The notes beneath the pieces are model-generated. The model saw only the letters and a list, made by a program, of their open reading frames with translations, was not told the origin of the DNA and did no database searches. The position numbers and the translations under genes are program-made. Below are positions 1-11,299 of a stretch of DNA of 64,000 nucleotides, one piece after another; position 1 is the first letter of the stretch, and every line of letters begins with the position of its first letter. This DNA is from Scyliorhinus canicula. Lineage: Eukaryota. Location of the stretch: positions 60,967,424 through 61,031,423 of the forward strand of contig NC_052161.1 of assembly GCF_902713615.1 (NCBI RefSeq). The letters run 5' to 3'.

Positions 1-436
1 CAGTGACCTACCCTTCTCCCCGTATACTTCAGGTATCATTGCTGTGTACCGAGAGGCATCAGGAAATTGTTTACAGATGCTCTCCAGTTTGTCGAGGTAG
101 GACTGAGCCTCTGTCAGTTGTTCCATGTGATAATATACCCAGGCATAGTTTCCATAGGTGATGATGATTCTTTTATCAAATTCATCTTCATGATTCTCCC
201 TCAGAAACTTTTCAGCATCCTTTAAGTTTTGAATCGCCTCCTCACAGTTTCCTTGCAGACAGTTTACAAAAGCGAGTTGGTTGTAAAACCTGGGTTGATA
301 TTTCTCATTTGTCTGAATTGAATCTTCTAATCTTTGCTTCATGTCATCCAAGTCAATATTTTCTTTCTGTGGCCCCCATGTGAAATGACATTGAAGCTGT
401 TCAAGCTTCTCTTTCAACAAATCCTTCTCTTGGTCA
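1..436 (-). CDS. IFIT: IFIT-family protein (IFIT-A), coding exon 2, 5' part; continues beyond the left edge
   Basis: Acceptor ...tttttctcttgcAG at 438-437. The frame reads (S)DQEKDLLKEKLEQLQCHFTWGPQKENIDLDDMKQRL...YGNYAWVYYHM...PEVYGEKGRSL with the IFIT CHFTW and YGNYAW motifs, is open to base 1, and is colinear without indels with 25127-25562. Confidence 0.93.
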
Positions 437-584
437 CTGCAAGAGAAAAACAAACCCATCAAACTCCATCTTGGACTAACTGAACCATTTTATAAGCCCC
501 TCCGTCCAGTTTTATTATCTGAGAGCTGTTCCTGACTCTGGGACTCAGTGAGCCTCAAACCTCTGGTCACACAATGATTATCAA

Positions 585-826
585 TGATGTGGAGATGCCG
601 GCGTTGGACTGGGGTGGGCACAGTAAGAAGTCTTACAACACCAGTTAAAGTCCGACAGTTTGTTTCGAATTACCAACTTTCGGAGTGCAGCTCCTTCCTC
701 AGGTGAATGATTCACCTGAGGTAGGAGCTGTGCTCCGAAAGCTAGTGATTCGAAACTAACCTGTTAGACTTTAACCTGGTGTTGTGAGACTTCTTACTGT
801 GCCCACCCCAGTCCAATGCTGGCATC
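585..826. mobile_element. Penelope-derived fold-back (inverted pseudo-LTR) element with degenerate minimal hammerhead motifs
   Basis: Near-perfect palindrome centred at ~709 (tcaggtgaat-g-attcacctga). Each arm has a CTGAGG(A/T)-GGAG..CTCC-GAAA hammerhead-like core. Confidence 0.65.
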
Positions 827-3800
827 CGGAGGAGGGATTGCTGGGGGAGAGGCGTAGCCTTCAGGCCAGGTTCGACCTATTGACTACCAGAAAGGCGGAA
901 GCTCAGTGGAGGAGAGCACAGGGGGCGGTGTATGAATATGGGGAGAAGGCGAGCAGGATGCTGGCACACCAGCTCCGAAAGCGAGATGCGGCCAGGGAGA
1001 TTGGGGGAGTGACGGATAGAGTTGGGAAGGTGGTGCGGAGGGGGATAGACGTTAATGGGGTCTTTAGGGACTTTTATGGGGAATTGTACCGGTCTGAATC
1101 CCCGGTGGGGGGGGGGGGGGGGGGGGGGGGGGAATGGGGCGCTTCTTGGACAAACTGCGATTTCCGAGGGTGGAGGAGGGGCAGGTGGAGGGACTGGGGG
1201 CGCCGATTGAGCTGGAGGAGCTGGGTAAAGGGATAGGGAGCATGCAGTGGGGGAAGGCGCCAGGGCCGGATGGGTTTCCGGCCGAATTTTATAAAAGGTA
1301 TGCGGACCTGTTGGGCCCCGTGTTGGTCCGGACCTTTAACGAGGCAAGGGAGGGGGGGGCTTTGCCCCCAACTATGTCACTGCCTCTGATTTCCTTGATC
1401 CTGAAGTGGGACAAGGACCCTCTGCAGTGTGGGTCATATAGGCCGATCTCGCTGCTAAATGTAGACGCCAAGCTGCTGGCAAAGATCTTAGCCACAAGAA
1501 TAGAGGATTGTGTGCCGGTGGTCATTCACGAGGACCAGACGGGGTTTGTGACGGGAAGCCAGTTGAATACTAATGTACGAAGGCTCCTCAACGTTATGAT
1601 GCCGGCTGTGGAAGGGGAGGCGGAGATAGTGGTGGCATTAGATGCGGAGAAGGCCTTTGATAGGGTTGAGTCGGGGTATCTGTGGGAGGTGTTGGAAAGG
1701 TTTGGGTTTGGGGAGGGGTTTGTCCGTTGGGCAAGGTTGCTCTATGCGGCCCCGATGGCGAGTGTAGCCACGAATAGGAGGAGGTCGGAGTACCTTCGGC
1801 TGTAACGGGGGATGAGACAGGGGTGTCCCCTGTCCCCCTTGCTCTTTGCGTTGGCAATTGAGCCCCTGGCCATGGCGTTGAGGGAGTCAGGGAACTGGAG
1901 GGGCCTGGTGCGGGGTGGGGAGGAGCATCGAGTGTCGCTTTATGCGGACGACCTGTTGCTGTATGTAGCGGACCCGGTGGGGGGGATGCCATAGGTGATG
2001 AGGATTCTCAGCGAATTTGGGGGCTTCTCTGGGTATAAGCTGAACCTGGGCAAGAGCGAGTTGTTCGTGGTGCACCGGGGGATCAGGAGGAGGGGATTGA
2101 TAGGCTCCCACTGAAGCAGGCAGGGAAGAGCTTCAGGTACCTAGGAGTCCAGGTGGCTGGGAGCTGGGGGGCCCTGCACAAGCTCAACCTCACAAGGGTG
2201 GTGGAGCAGATGGAGGAGTTCAAAAGATGGGATATGTTACCGTTGTCACTGGCGGGGACGGTGCTCCCGAGGTTTGTGTTCCTGTTCCAGTGCCTCCCCA
2301 TCCTTATCCCGAAGGCCTTTTTTAGGAGAGTTAACAGGAGTATTACGGGATTTGCGTGGGCGCATGGGACTCCGAGGGTGTGAAGGATGTTCTTGGAACG
2401 GGACAGCGATAGGGGGGCTGGCGCTGCCCAACCTCTGTGGGTACTATTGGGCTGCCAACGCAGCGATGGTGTTTAAGTGGGTAATGGACGGAGAAGGGGC
2501 AGCATGGAAGAGGATGGAGATGGCATCCTGTGTGGGCACGAGCCTGGAGGCGCTGTTAACGGCGCCGTTGCCGCTCCCTCCAATGAGGTATACCACGAGC
2601 CCGGTGGTGGCGGTTACCCTCAAAATTTGGTGGCAATGGAGACGGCATAGGGGAGAAGTGGGGGGCTCAATGGAGGCCCCGATACGGGGGAACCATCGGT
2701 TTGCTCCAGGGAGCATTGATGACGGATTTCTGAGCTGGCACAGGGTAGGGGTTAGCAGGTTGAGGGACCTGTTTGTGGAGGGGAGGTTTGCGGGCTTGGG
2801 GGAGTTAGAGGGGAAGTTTGGGTTCCCCCCGGGGAATATGTTTTGTTACATGCAGGTTTGGGCGTTTGCCAGGCGGCAGGTGGAGGGGTTCCCCTTGTTG
2901 CCTCCACGTGGGGTATGGGACAGGGTGCTCTCGGGGGTGTGGGTTGGAGGAGGGAGGATTTCGGACATATACCGGGTAATACAGGAGTTAGACGAGGCCT
3001 CGGTGGAGGAACTGAACGGTAAATGGGAAGAGGAGCTGGGTGAGGAGATTGAGGAGGGGACATGGGCGGATGCCCTGGAGAGTAAATTCCTCCTCTTCCT
3101 GTGCGAGGCTTAGCCTCATACAGTTCAAGGTGCTACATAGTGCCCACATGACTGGGACGAGGATGAGTAGGTTTTTCGGGGGCGAAGACCGGTGTGCTAG
3201 GTGCTCGGGGAGCCCAGCGAACCACGCCCATATGTTTTGGGCATGCCTAGCGCTGGGGGAGTTTTGGAAGGGGGTAGCAAGGATGGTGTCGAGGGTGGTG
3301 GGATCCAGGGTCAAGCCACGCTGGGGACTCGCAATTTTTGGGGTTGCAGTGGAGCCGGGAGTGCAGGAGGCGAAAGAGGCCGGTGTTCTGGCCTTTGCGT
3401 CCCTAGTAGCCCGGCGGAGGATCATGCTTCAATGGAAGGATGCGAGGCCAAGCCTGGAGGCCTGGATCAATGATATGGTGGGGTTCATCAAATTAGAGAA
3501 CGTGAAATTTGCCCTGAGGGGATCAGTACAGGGGTTTTTTAGGCGGTGGCAGCCTTTCCTGGACTTCCTGGCAGAATGGTAGGGAAATAGGCCGGCAGCA
3601 GCAGCAACCCGGGGGGGGGGGGTTTGGTTCGGTGGGAGGGAGAATTGGGTACATGGGTTTGTTGGATGTGGCGGGTGTTATCCCTTTCCTTTTTGTTGTT
3701 TGCTTTTTTTTTGTTTTTGTAGTTGCTTTTGTAGTTGGGTGGTTGTTGTTCATGGGTTTTTACCATGGCTGTTTTGTTAATATTGTTTTATTGTTTATAT

Positions 3801-3839
3801 TTTGTGAAAATCTTAATAAAAATTATTTTTTTTAAAAAA
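827..3839 (+). mobile_element. 5'-truncated L1/Tx1-clade LINE (degenerate ORF2 RT, C-terminal Cys-rich region, 3' UTR) in the IFIT-A intron
   Basis: ORF pieces KAPGPDGF, YRPISLLNVDAK, LDAEKAFDRV, RQGCPLSPLLF, LYADD, CARC..HAHMFW; stops and frameshifts; AATAAA and A/T tail at 3815-3839. Confidence 0.93.
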
Positions 3840-4059
3840 TTGATCATTTGAATCCATTCTAATCCATAATCGCACCGGGTACGCCACCCAAAGCCTCATG
3901 CCCTTATTATAAAATAATGCCTTTGTCCTATAGAAGGCAGCCGCCTCTTTGCCAACTCAGTTCCAATATCTTGATATATTCAGACCATATGCCTGTCTCA
4001 GTCAATTATCCAAATCTTTTTTGTCCATTCCAAGACCTTCTCCTTCCTTTGATAATTGG

Positions 4060-4610
4060 GTTAGTGGATTATCACCGCCCGCGCAGTGGCTTATTCGATC
4101 TTGGCTTTTGCCTGAGCGGCCAACGTACTCTATCCAATTCCGGAGGGGGGAAGCCTTCATCCCCTTCCAACAGCTGAAAAAGCATCTCGGAGAAATACTG
4201 GGTCGACTTTGAGCCCTCCATTCCCTCTGGCAGCCCCACCAACCTGAGGTTTAACCACCGTGAGCTATTCTCGAGGTCCTCCACTTCAAATCTCAGGTCT
4301 CTGCCAACAGCAGCAACTCTGACTCCTCCGAGGGGAATCAATCCTCGTGCCTTGACAATGTCTCTTCCACCCCGTTCAGCATCGCGCCTTGTGCCTTCAC
4401 CACGTTTGAAGTTCACACCAACTGTTCACGGATCAGACTCAAAGCCTGCCTCTTCAAAAGCGGCTTTAAAGGATTCTTTAATTTCCTGGTCCTGCCACTC
4501 AAATGGCCTATCCATTTGTTTGCCGACGGGCAACATGTCTGGTGTAATGGGCGCAGCAGCCATCTTCCCCCTTGCCAATTTTCATGCATTTTCTCTTTAC
4601 ATGATGTCAC
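4060..4610 (-). mobile_element. L1 ORF1 fragment
   Basis: VEDLENSSRWLNLRLVGLPEG...PPELDR matches the L1 ORF1 RRM-region motif. Confidence 0.75.
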
Positions 4611-4611
4611 C

Positions 4612-5270
4612 AGAGCCTCACGAGATCTAACGGGAGCTCGCAAGCTGTCGCAATCTGAATCTCGTCCATTGTGGGCGGGGTCAGTTTTCGGCAAATCCGC
4701 ATATTATAGTGAGGCAGCTAGTCCCTTTCGTCTCAGAGACCACACTGTTTAGTGCTGGTCCCCACAAATAGCGCCAGCCTGGCACTGCAAAGCTTTCCAG
4801 ATGGCACTGCCAGGGACGCGGCCATGGTGCCAGGCTGGCAGTGCCAAGGTGCTAGGCTGGCATTTTTAAACGCCAGGGATCAGGCACAGAGATGCCCTGC
4901 CCATGAGAGCTGAAGTGTGGGGGGGAAGGGCGAGGGCCCCCTGAGAGGTGAGCTGGTGCTTTGAAGGGAGTCAGAGTTCACGTCACGGAGGTCAAGAGGT
5001 CAGGCACCATTTTAAAATGGCGTCTCGATCTCCTCCTGCACTGCGGAATTCCGGCGAGCCGAGCTCCTCAGTGCAGGAAATGGGAATAAGTGCAGCCTCA
5101 GCGGGGCGTTACAACAAAGTTCCGTTAGATAGCATGACGTTTCTCAGTGCTGCGAACGCCAAGAAACGCCCGGCTAAATGCGCTCAACATGGGACTTCGG
5201 TTAGATTGGTTCCTTAGATTGCAATTCGGTTAGATTGGTTCCTTAGTCATTTTTTGGGAGAATTCTGCCC
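4612..5270. mobile_element. Non-autonomous TIR element (Harbinger/MITE-like) fragment
   Basis: Ends in gggagaattctgccc like the other TIR elements here, and shares ggcactgcca/tggcagtgcc internal repeats with 48162-49116. Confidence 0.5.
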
Positions 5271-5523
5271 CATATTGCTGTTCCTTCACTCTTGGCCACA
5301 ATACTGTACTCCTTTCCTAACAGCACTGTAGGTGTATTGACACGAGCTGGACTGCACAGTTCACAGGGCTCACCGTCACCTTCTCAAGGGCAATTCGAGA
5401 TGGGGAATCAATGCTGGCCCAGCCAGCAATGCTCACACCCCCAGAACAAAGAGAAAACTAATCCCAGTTCCCTGTGATCGAACTGCTTTGTAAAGTCTGT
5501 TTTATTCCTGAAAACAAGCTCTT

Positions 5524-5875
5524 TAGAACATAGAACATAGAACAGTACAGCACAGAACAGGCCCTTCGGCCCTCGATGTTGTGCCGAGCAATGATCACCC
5601 TACTCAAACCCACGTATCCACCCTATACCCGTAACCCAACAACTCCCCCCCCCTTAACATTACTATTAGGACACTACGGACAATTTAGCATGGCCAATCC
5701 ACCTAACCCGCACATCTTTGGACTGTGGGAGGAAACCGGAGCACCCGGAGGAAACCCACGCACACACGGGGAGGACGTGCAGACTCCACACAGACAGTGA
5801 CCCAGCCGGGAATCGAACCTGGGACTCTGGAGCTGTGAAGCATTTGTGCTAACCACCATGCTACCGTGCTGCCCC
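5524..5875 (-). mobile_element. tRNA-derived shark SINE (HE1/V-SINE-like) with (tagaaca)n CR1-type tail
   Basis: tRNA-like head with A/B boxes and a tail shared with CR1 3' ends. Flanked by ctcttt/ctcctt (probable TSD); the paralogous empty site aaacaagctccttg is at 49271. Confidence 0.9.
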
Positions 5876-5934
5876 TCCTTGTTCAACAGTCGACAGTTAC
5901 ATTCCAGGAGTAAAGTAATTCGAGTGAACTTTAC

Positions 5935-5939
5935 CTCAT
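5935..5939 (-). CDS. IFIT: IFIT-A coding exon 1 (ATG AG | GTAAAG)
   Basis: Minus strand cagcattATGAGgtaaag. The phase-2 donor fits the acceptor at 436 to give Met-Ser-Asp, the canonical vertebrate IFIT two-exon layout. ISRE lies 154 bp upstream. Confidence 0.85.
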
Positions 5940-6092
5940 AATGCTGATTGAATGAAAAACGTTCTGAATTGCTTTCTGAGCTTTAACTCAGCTTCGACAG
6001 GTTGATCGAGGAGAGTATTTGTTGTGTTGTTTTCCAGCTCTGTTTTGCTTTCCCGCAGTGAATTGCTTCAAATCATTTCCTCAATGAGAATT

Positions 6093-6104
6093 GAAACTGA
6101 AACT
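6093..6104 (-). promoter_or_regulatory. ISRE of IFIT-A
   Basis: GAAACTGAAACT (AGTTTCAGTTTC on minus), a perfect ISRE consensus upstream of exon 1. Confidence 0.85.
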
Positions 6105-6225
6105 AAAAAACGTAGCTGTGAAGCAACATGACTGAGCAGGAAGGAATGCTGCCAATACAGTCACACTGTGCTTTACCACAGAAAGCCAGATTAGTAATAG
6201 CAATGGATCATCATGCAATGGATTA

Positions 6226-6564
6226 GGGGCAGCAGGGTAGCATGGTGGTTAGCATAAATGCTTCACAGCTCCAGGGTCCCAGGTTCGATTCCCGGCTGGG
6301 TCACTGTCTGTGTGGAGTCTGCACGTCCTCCCCCCGTGTGCGTGGGTTTCCTCCGGGTGCTCCGGTTTCCTCCCACAGTCCAAAGATGTGCGGGTTAGGT
6401 GGATTGGCCATGCTAAATTGCCCGTAGTGTCCTAATAAAAGTAAGGTTAAGGGGGGGGTTGTTGGGTTACGGGTATAGGGTGGATACGTGGGTTGAGTAG
6501 GGTGATCATGGCTCGGCACAACATTGAGGGCTGAAGGGCCTGTTCTGTGCTGTACTGTTCTATG
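6226..6564 (+). mobile_element. tRNA-derived shark SINE, near-identical inverted partner of 5524-5875
   Basis: Same sequence as the reverse complement of 5524-5875. Confidence 0.9.
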
Positions 6565-6579
6565 TGGCCCTGAAGAGAA

Positions 6580-8498
6580 TTCCTGTATCCCCTGGAACAC
6601 ATATGCCTGACATGAGACCATATTCCCCTGGATTACGCGTCTCTGACATGTGACCTTACCCTCCTGGATTACACATCCCTGACATGCACGATAGCACAAT
6701 GGTTAGCACGGTTGCTTCACAGCGTCAGGGTCCCAGGTTTGATTCCCATCTTGGGTCACTATCTGTGCAGAGTCTGCATGTTCTCCCTGTGTCTGTGTGG
6801 GTTTCCTCCGGGTGCTCCGGTTTCTTCCTACAAATCCCGAAAGACGTGCTGTTAGCTAATTTGGACATTCTGAATTCTCCCTCAGCGTACCCAAACAGGC
6901 GCCGGAATGTAGCGACTAGGGGCTTTTAACAGTAACTTCATTGCATTGTTAATGCAACCCTACTTGTGACAATAAAGATTATTATTATTATGTGACACAA
7001 CGCTCCTGGATTACATGTCCCTGACGTGCGACCTTATTCCCCTGGAATACACGTCACGACATGTGACCATAGCCCACTGGATTACATGTACCTGACATGT
7101 TAGCGGACCCCCTGGATTACAAGTACCAGACATCTGACCGTATTCCCTGGATTATATGTACCCGACATGTTAACAGACCCACCTGTATTACAAGTACCTG
7201 ACACATGACCATATCCCCCTGAACTACACATCCCTGAGATACGACTGTATCCACTGGATTACATGTCCCTGATAAGTGAACGTATTCCCCTGAATTACAC
7301 GTCCCTGACATGCAACCTTATTCTTCTGAATTACATATCCCTGACATGCAATCTTATTCCCCTGGATTACATGTCCCTGACATGCAGTCTTATTCTCCTG
7401 AATTACACGTCCCTGACATGCAACCTTATTCCCCTGGATTACACATCCCTGACATGCAATCTTATTCCCCTGGATTACATGTCGCTGACATGCAATCTTA
7501 TTCCCCTGGATTACATATCCCTGACATGCAATCTTATTCCCCTGGATTACACATCCCTGACATGCAATCTTATCCACCTGGATTACACATGCCTGACTTG
7601 CATGGGTATGGGCAGCACGGTAGCACAAGTGGATAGCACTGTGGCTTCACAGCACCAAGGTCCCAGGTTCGATTCCCCGCTGGTCAATGTCTGTGCGGAG
7701 TCTGCACTTTTGTCCCCGTGTCTGCGAGGGTTTCCTCCGGGTGCTCTGGTTTCCTCTCACAGTCCAAAGACATGTAGGTTAGGTGGTTTGGCCATGATAA
7801 ATTGCCCTTAGTGACCAAAAAGGTTAGGAGGGGTGATTGGGTATGGGAATAGGGTGGAAATTAGGGTTTAAGTGGGTCGGTGCAGACTCGATGGGCCGAA
7901 TGGCCTCCTTCTGCACTGCATGTTCTTTGTTCTATGCGACCATATTCCCCTGGATTACACATCCCTGACATGCAATCTTATTCCCCTGGATTACACATGC
8001 CTGACATGCGACCATATTCCCCTGGATTACACATGCCTGACATGCAATCTTATTCCCCTGGATTACACATGCCTGGCATGCGATCATTTTCCCCTGGATT
8101 ACACATGCCTGACATGAGACCGTTGCCCTGGATCACACGTTCATGACATGCAACTATATCCCCTGTGGCCCTGCCGCGTGACTGTATCCATTCCCACATA
8201 GATTACACGTCCCTGACATGTGACTGTATCCCCTAAATTACACATCCCTGACATGTGACCGTATCCCCTAAATTACACGTCCCTGACATGTGACTGTATC
8301 CCCTAAATTACACATCCCTGACATGTGACTGTATCCCCTAAATTACACATCCCTGACATGTGACCGTATCCCCTAAATTACACGTCCCTGACATGTGACT
8401 GTATCCCCTAAATTACACGTCCCTGACATGTGACCGTATCCCCTAAATTACACATCCATGACATGTGACTGTATCCCCTAAATTACACGTCCCTGACA
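6580..8498. repeat. 36/35-bp minisatellite array interrupted by SINEs at ~6686-6990 and ~7610-7935
   Basis: Unit CCTGGATTACACATCCCTGACATGCAATCTTATTCC (36 bp, e.g. 7361 to 7397). The distal sub-array TATCCCCTAAATTACACATCCCTGACATGTGACTG has period 35 (8221 to 8256). Confidence 0.95.
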
Positions 8499-8599
8499 GT
8501 AGCAATCAACGGGTGGGAATCAGAACGCTTTCCAGTTTAATATGGAGTCAGGTTTCGCAGCCCTCTCTCTCCCGTCCTGGCCATGTGTTGTGTGTAATC

Positions 8600-9560
8600 C
8601 TTTGCTGGGTTGGGCGTCCGGCGGTGGTATGTAGAGGGTAGATGCACATGAGGTGTCTCCTGCATTTTTAACCCTTTTTGTCTGGTGTCTGGGGGTATTT
8701 TTGCTTCAAATCCCCACCTGATTGATGGTAAAAAGTGCCCAGATAAGGGAAATGCCCAGAAGGACCAGGGCAAAGACATTTGAAGAAAGAAAGTCATCGA
8801 GATAACGGAAGGCGTCTCGGCGCTCTTCCTTGGAGAAAATGGTGGAGGCTGCTGCTGCAACTCCATCCACTCCACCTTTGGCCGAGATGCTTACCGTCAT
8901 CTTGGCGGCTGAATTCGGGAAGCAAAGACAGTCGATAGAAGTGGCCCTGGCTCCCATTCGGTCGGCATTGGAGAAAACCAATGAGTTGGTTAAAGCGCAT
9001 GGCACTGCGATAAAGGGAGTGGAGGCAGCTCTCTCTTTCGCGGCTTAGTGACCAGATTGCCTCTCCAGATGATGACATGTTGCATATGGCTGGGGTGAAT
9101 AAAGCACTGAAGGCCAAAATGGACAATGTGGAGAATCATTCTAAGAGGCAGAATATAGATGTTGCCAGAGGGATTGGAAGGCCCAACTCCCACAGAATAC
9201 TTATGTAAGATGTTTGAGAAGATGGTGAGGGAGGGTGGATTCACATCCCCTTCCAAGCTGGATTGAGCCCACCGGACACTCTGACAGACGCCCCGTCCTG
9301 ACAAATCATCAGGAGCTGTTATTGTAAAGTTACATAGCTTTAAGGAAAAGGAGCGGTTCCTGAGATGGGCTAAGGAACATCAAGACTATAAATGGGAAGG
9401 CCTTGGCATCAGATTGTATCAAGATGTTGCTGGCAAGGAAGTGGGCAGCAATAAATACGGCTAAGGCCGCCCTTTTATGAGTGGAGTTTGATTTAGGGTG
9501 TTGTACCCAGCGTGGCTCAGAGTTACTTTCGCAGCCACCTTGGGTGGACCTGGTGACTGT
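8600..9560 (+). mobile_element. Degenerate L1 ORF1 region
   Basis: Coiled-coil-like segment followed by ENHSKRQN..LPEGLEG and LRWAKEH..WEG..IRLYQD motifs in broken frames. Confidence 0.7.
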
Positions 9561-9732
9561 ACTCTCGAAGCAGTAGTTGGATGACCCCTCTTGGTGGAAA
9601 TAGCTGACTTCAGTTCAAAGTGGGGGGGAGCCCCCAATTCGTAGGTCATCTGGAATGTAAGGTGGGGGGGTGAAGGACCCAGTGAAAAGGCTGACGGTAT
9701 TTGCCCACCTGAAAAGATTGAGTGCTGATATT

Positions 9733-11200
9733 GGGCGGGATTCTCCTTTTGACAGACTAAGTGCTGATTCCAGGACTGAATCACGGGGGTTCTGCAGTCG
9801 CGATGGGGTCCTGGTTGTGGAGCAATTCAGGGCATACTAATAGGCTAGCAGCGGTGCCAGGTGGAACTGGTAATGAGGCGGGTCCATCTGGGGTCCTTTG
9901 CCCCCAGCCACAACCACCCAACTCACTTGGTGATGAGTCGGTACCTCCTAGTGCCCCGCACCCCCAGCTGCAACCCCGCACTCCTCGAAGCACCAACCAG
10001 GGTCAACACCAACTTCTCGATACTGATTTCACCAACACTCTCCACCATCCCAGAGACACTCACCTCGGTTGGGCAGTATGGTGAGGGGGCTCCTGGGACA
10101 CTCTCTGGTGCACACAACATACATGGTGGAGGTAGGAACCTTCATGGGGACCGACAGTCAGAGGGCAAACTGACCTCTGGGACTAGCTGCCGTCCGGATG
10201 GATTTTGGACTTCTGGAAAGGATGGTCCCACCAATGCTGGAGATGTAGGCACAGAGGCAGGGACTGCAGGAGGGTTTGTCAGCAACTACCCAGTGCCTGC
10301 AGGTACAGTTGGAGAAACCCAACCACTTGCAGGAGCAGGAGGCGGTGCCCATCATGTGTGACACTCAGGCCAACACCACATGAGTGACATCTGCGGTGGA
10401 GGCCTTGCGTGCAAAGTTATCGGTCACTTGTCAAGATCTCCAAGGTCTGGGGCACTCTGTGCAGGCGTTGGCCGATGCACAAGACAGGGCGGCCGTATCA
10501 CAGGCAGCCATATACCAGGGCTATATAAACATTGCAGTGGTGCTCCAGAGCGTGGCCCAGTAACAGCAGGCCATGGCTGCGGGCACTGAGCATTGGCCTG
10601 GCGTTGGCTGGTCTAAGCCAGTCCCTGAGTGATGTGGCACAGTCCCAGAGGAATGTGGCACAGTCCAAGTGCTCCATGGCCACAAGTATTAAGACCCTGA
10701 TTGAGACAAGAGCCGGCTCCAGGACTGGCAGCGCCAGGTGTAGCGGAGCCCTCGGAGCTCACTCTGGTTGCACCCCATCCCAAGGAGTAGCCCAGGGGCC
10801 ATCCGGTCCACCGATGGAGGAGGGGGTGATGGGGCCTGTGCCAGTAACTCCCACAGAGGAGGTGCTGGAACACCTCAGCGTGTCTGAATCTGCCTCCACC
10901 TGTCCCTGGCGCATCCAATGGGCATCGGGCAAATATGCGTGGCACCATGTCACATGCCCAGAGACTGCTGGGCCCACGCAGGCTGGGTTACTCCAGAGGA
11001 AGGCCACCAAGGGGGACCCAGGACACAGAGCAGGCTGCCTCCATATCTGATGTACGGCCTTGGGGACCTCCTCCTAGACGGAGCATTAGGACACGGAATA
11101 TTCGAAGGGTAAACAACAGTAAAGTTGGCATGGGTGAAGCACATCGGTTAACGATAGGGGCTAGGCCAGTTATTGTACATAGCAGTATTAAACACCTATT
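9733..11200 (+). mobile_element. Probable Harbinger-type DNA transposon remnant
   Basis: Begins with gggcgggattctcc (the TIR seen in the MITEs of this window), followed by broken low-complexity ORFs; family assignment is inference. Confidence 0.35.
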
Positions 11201-11299
11201 CACCAACACTCCAAACTGCCTCTGTCTGAAGGGTCTGAGGGATGGGCTGGGCTTGGTCCAGAAAGGGGGTGTAGGATTTGGGTTGGTGGCAGTGGTGGG

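Noticed and set aside
5820-5875. tRNA genes
   Set aside because: The tRNA-like segments are SINE heads continuous with SINE bodies and tails.
7224-8146. ORFs with 12-aa repeats (TCNLIPLDYTSL, DMQSYSPGLHIP)
   Set aside because: Artefact of a 36-bp unit that is open in several frames on both strands; the ORFs run into SINEs.
6580-8498. CRISPR-like array of ~36-bp repeats
   Set aside because: Units are head-to-tail with no unique spacers, there are no cas genes, and the context is vertebrate.
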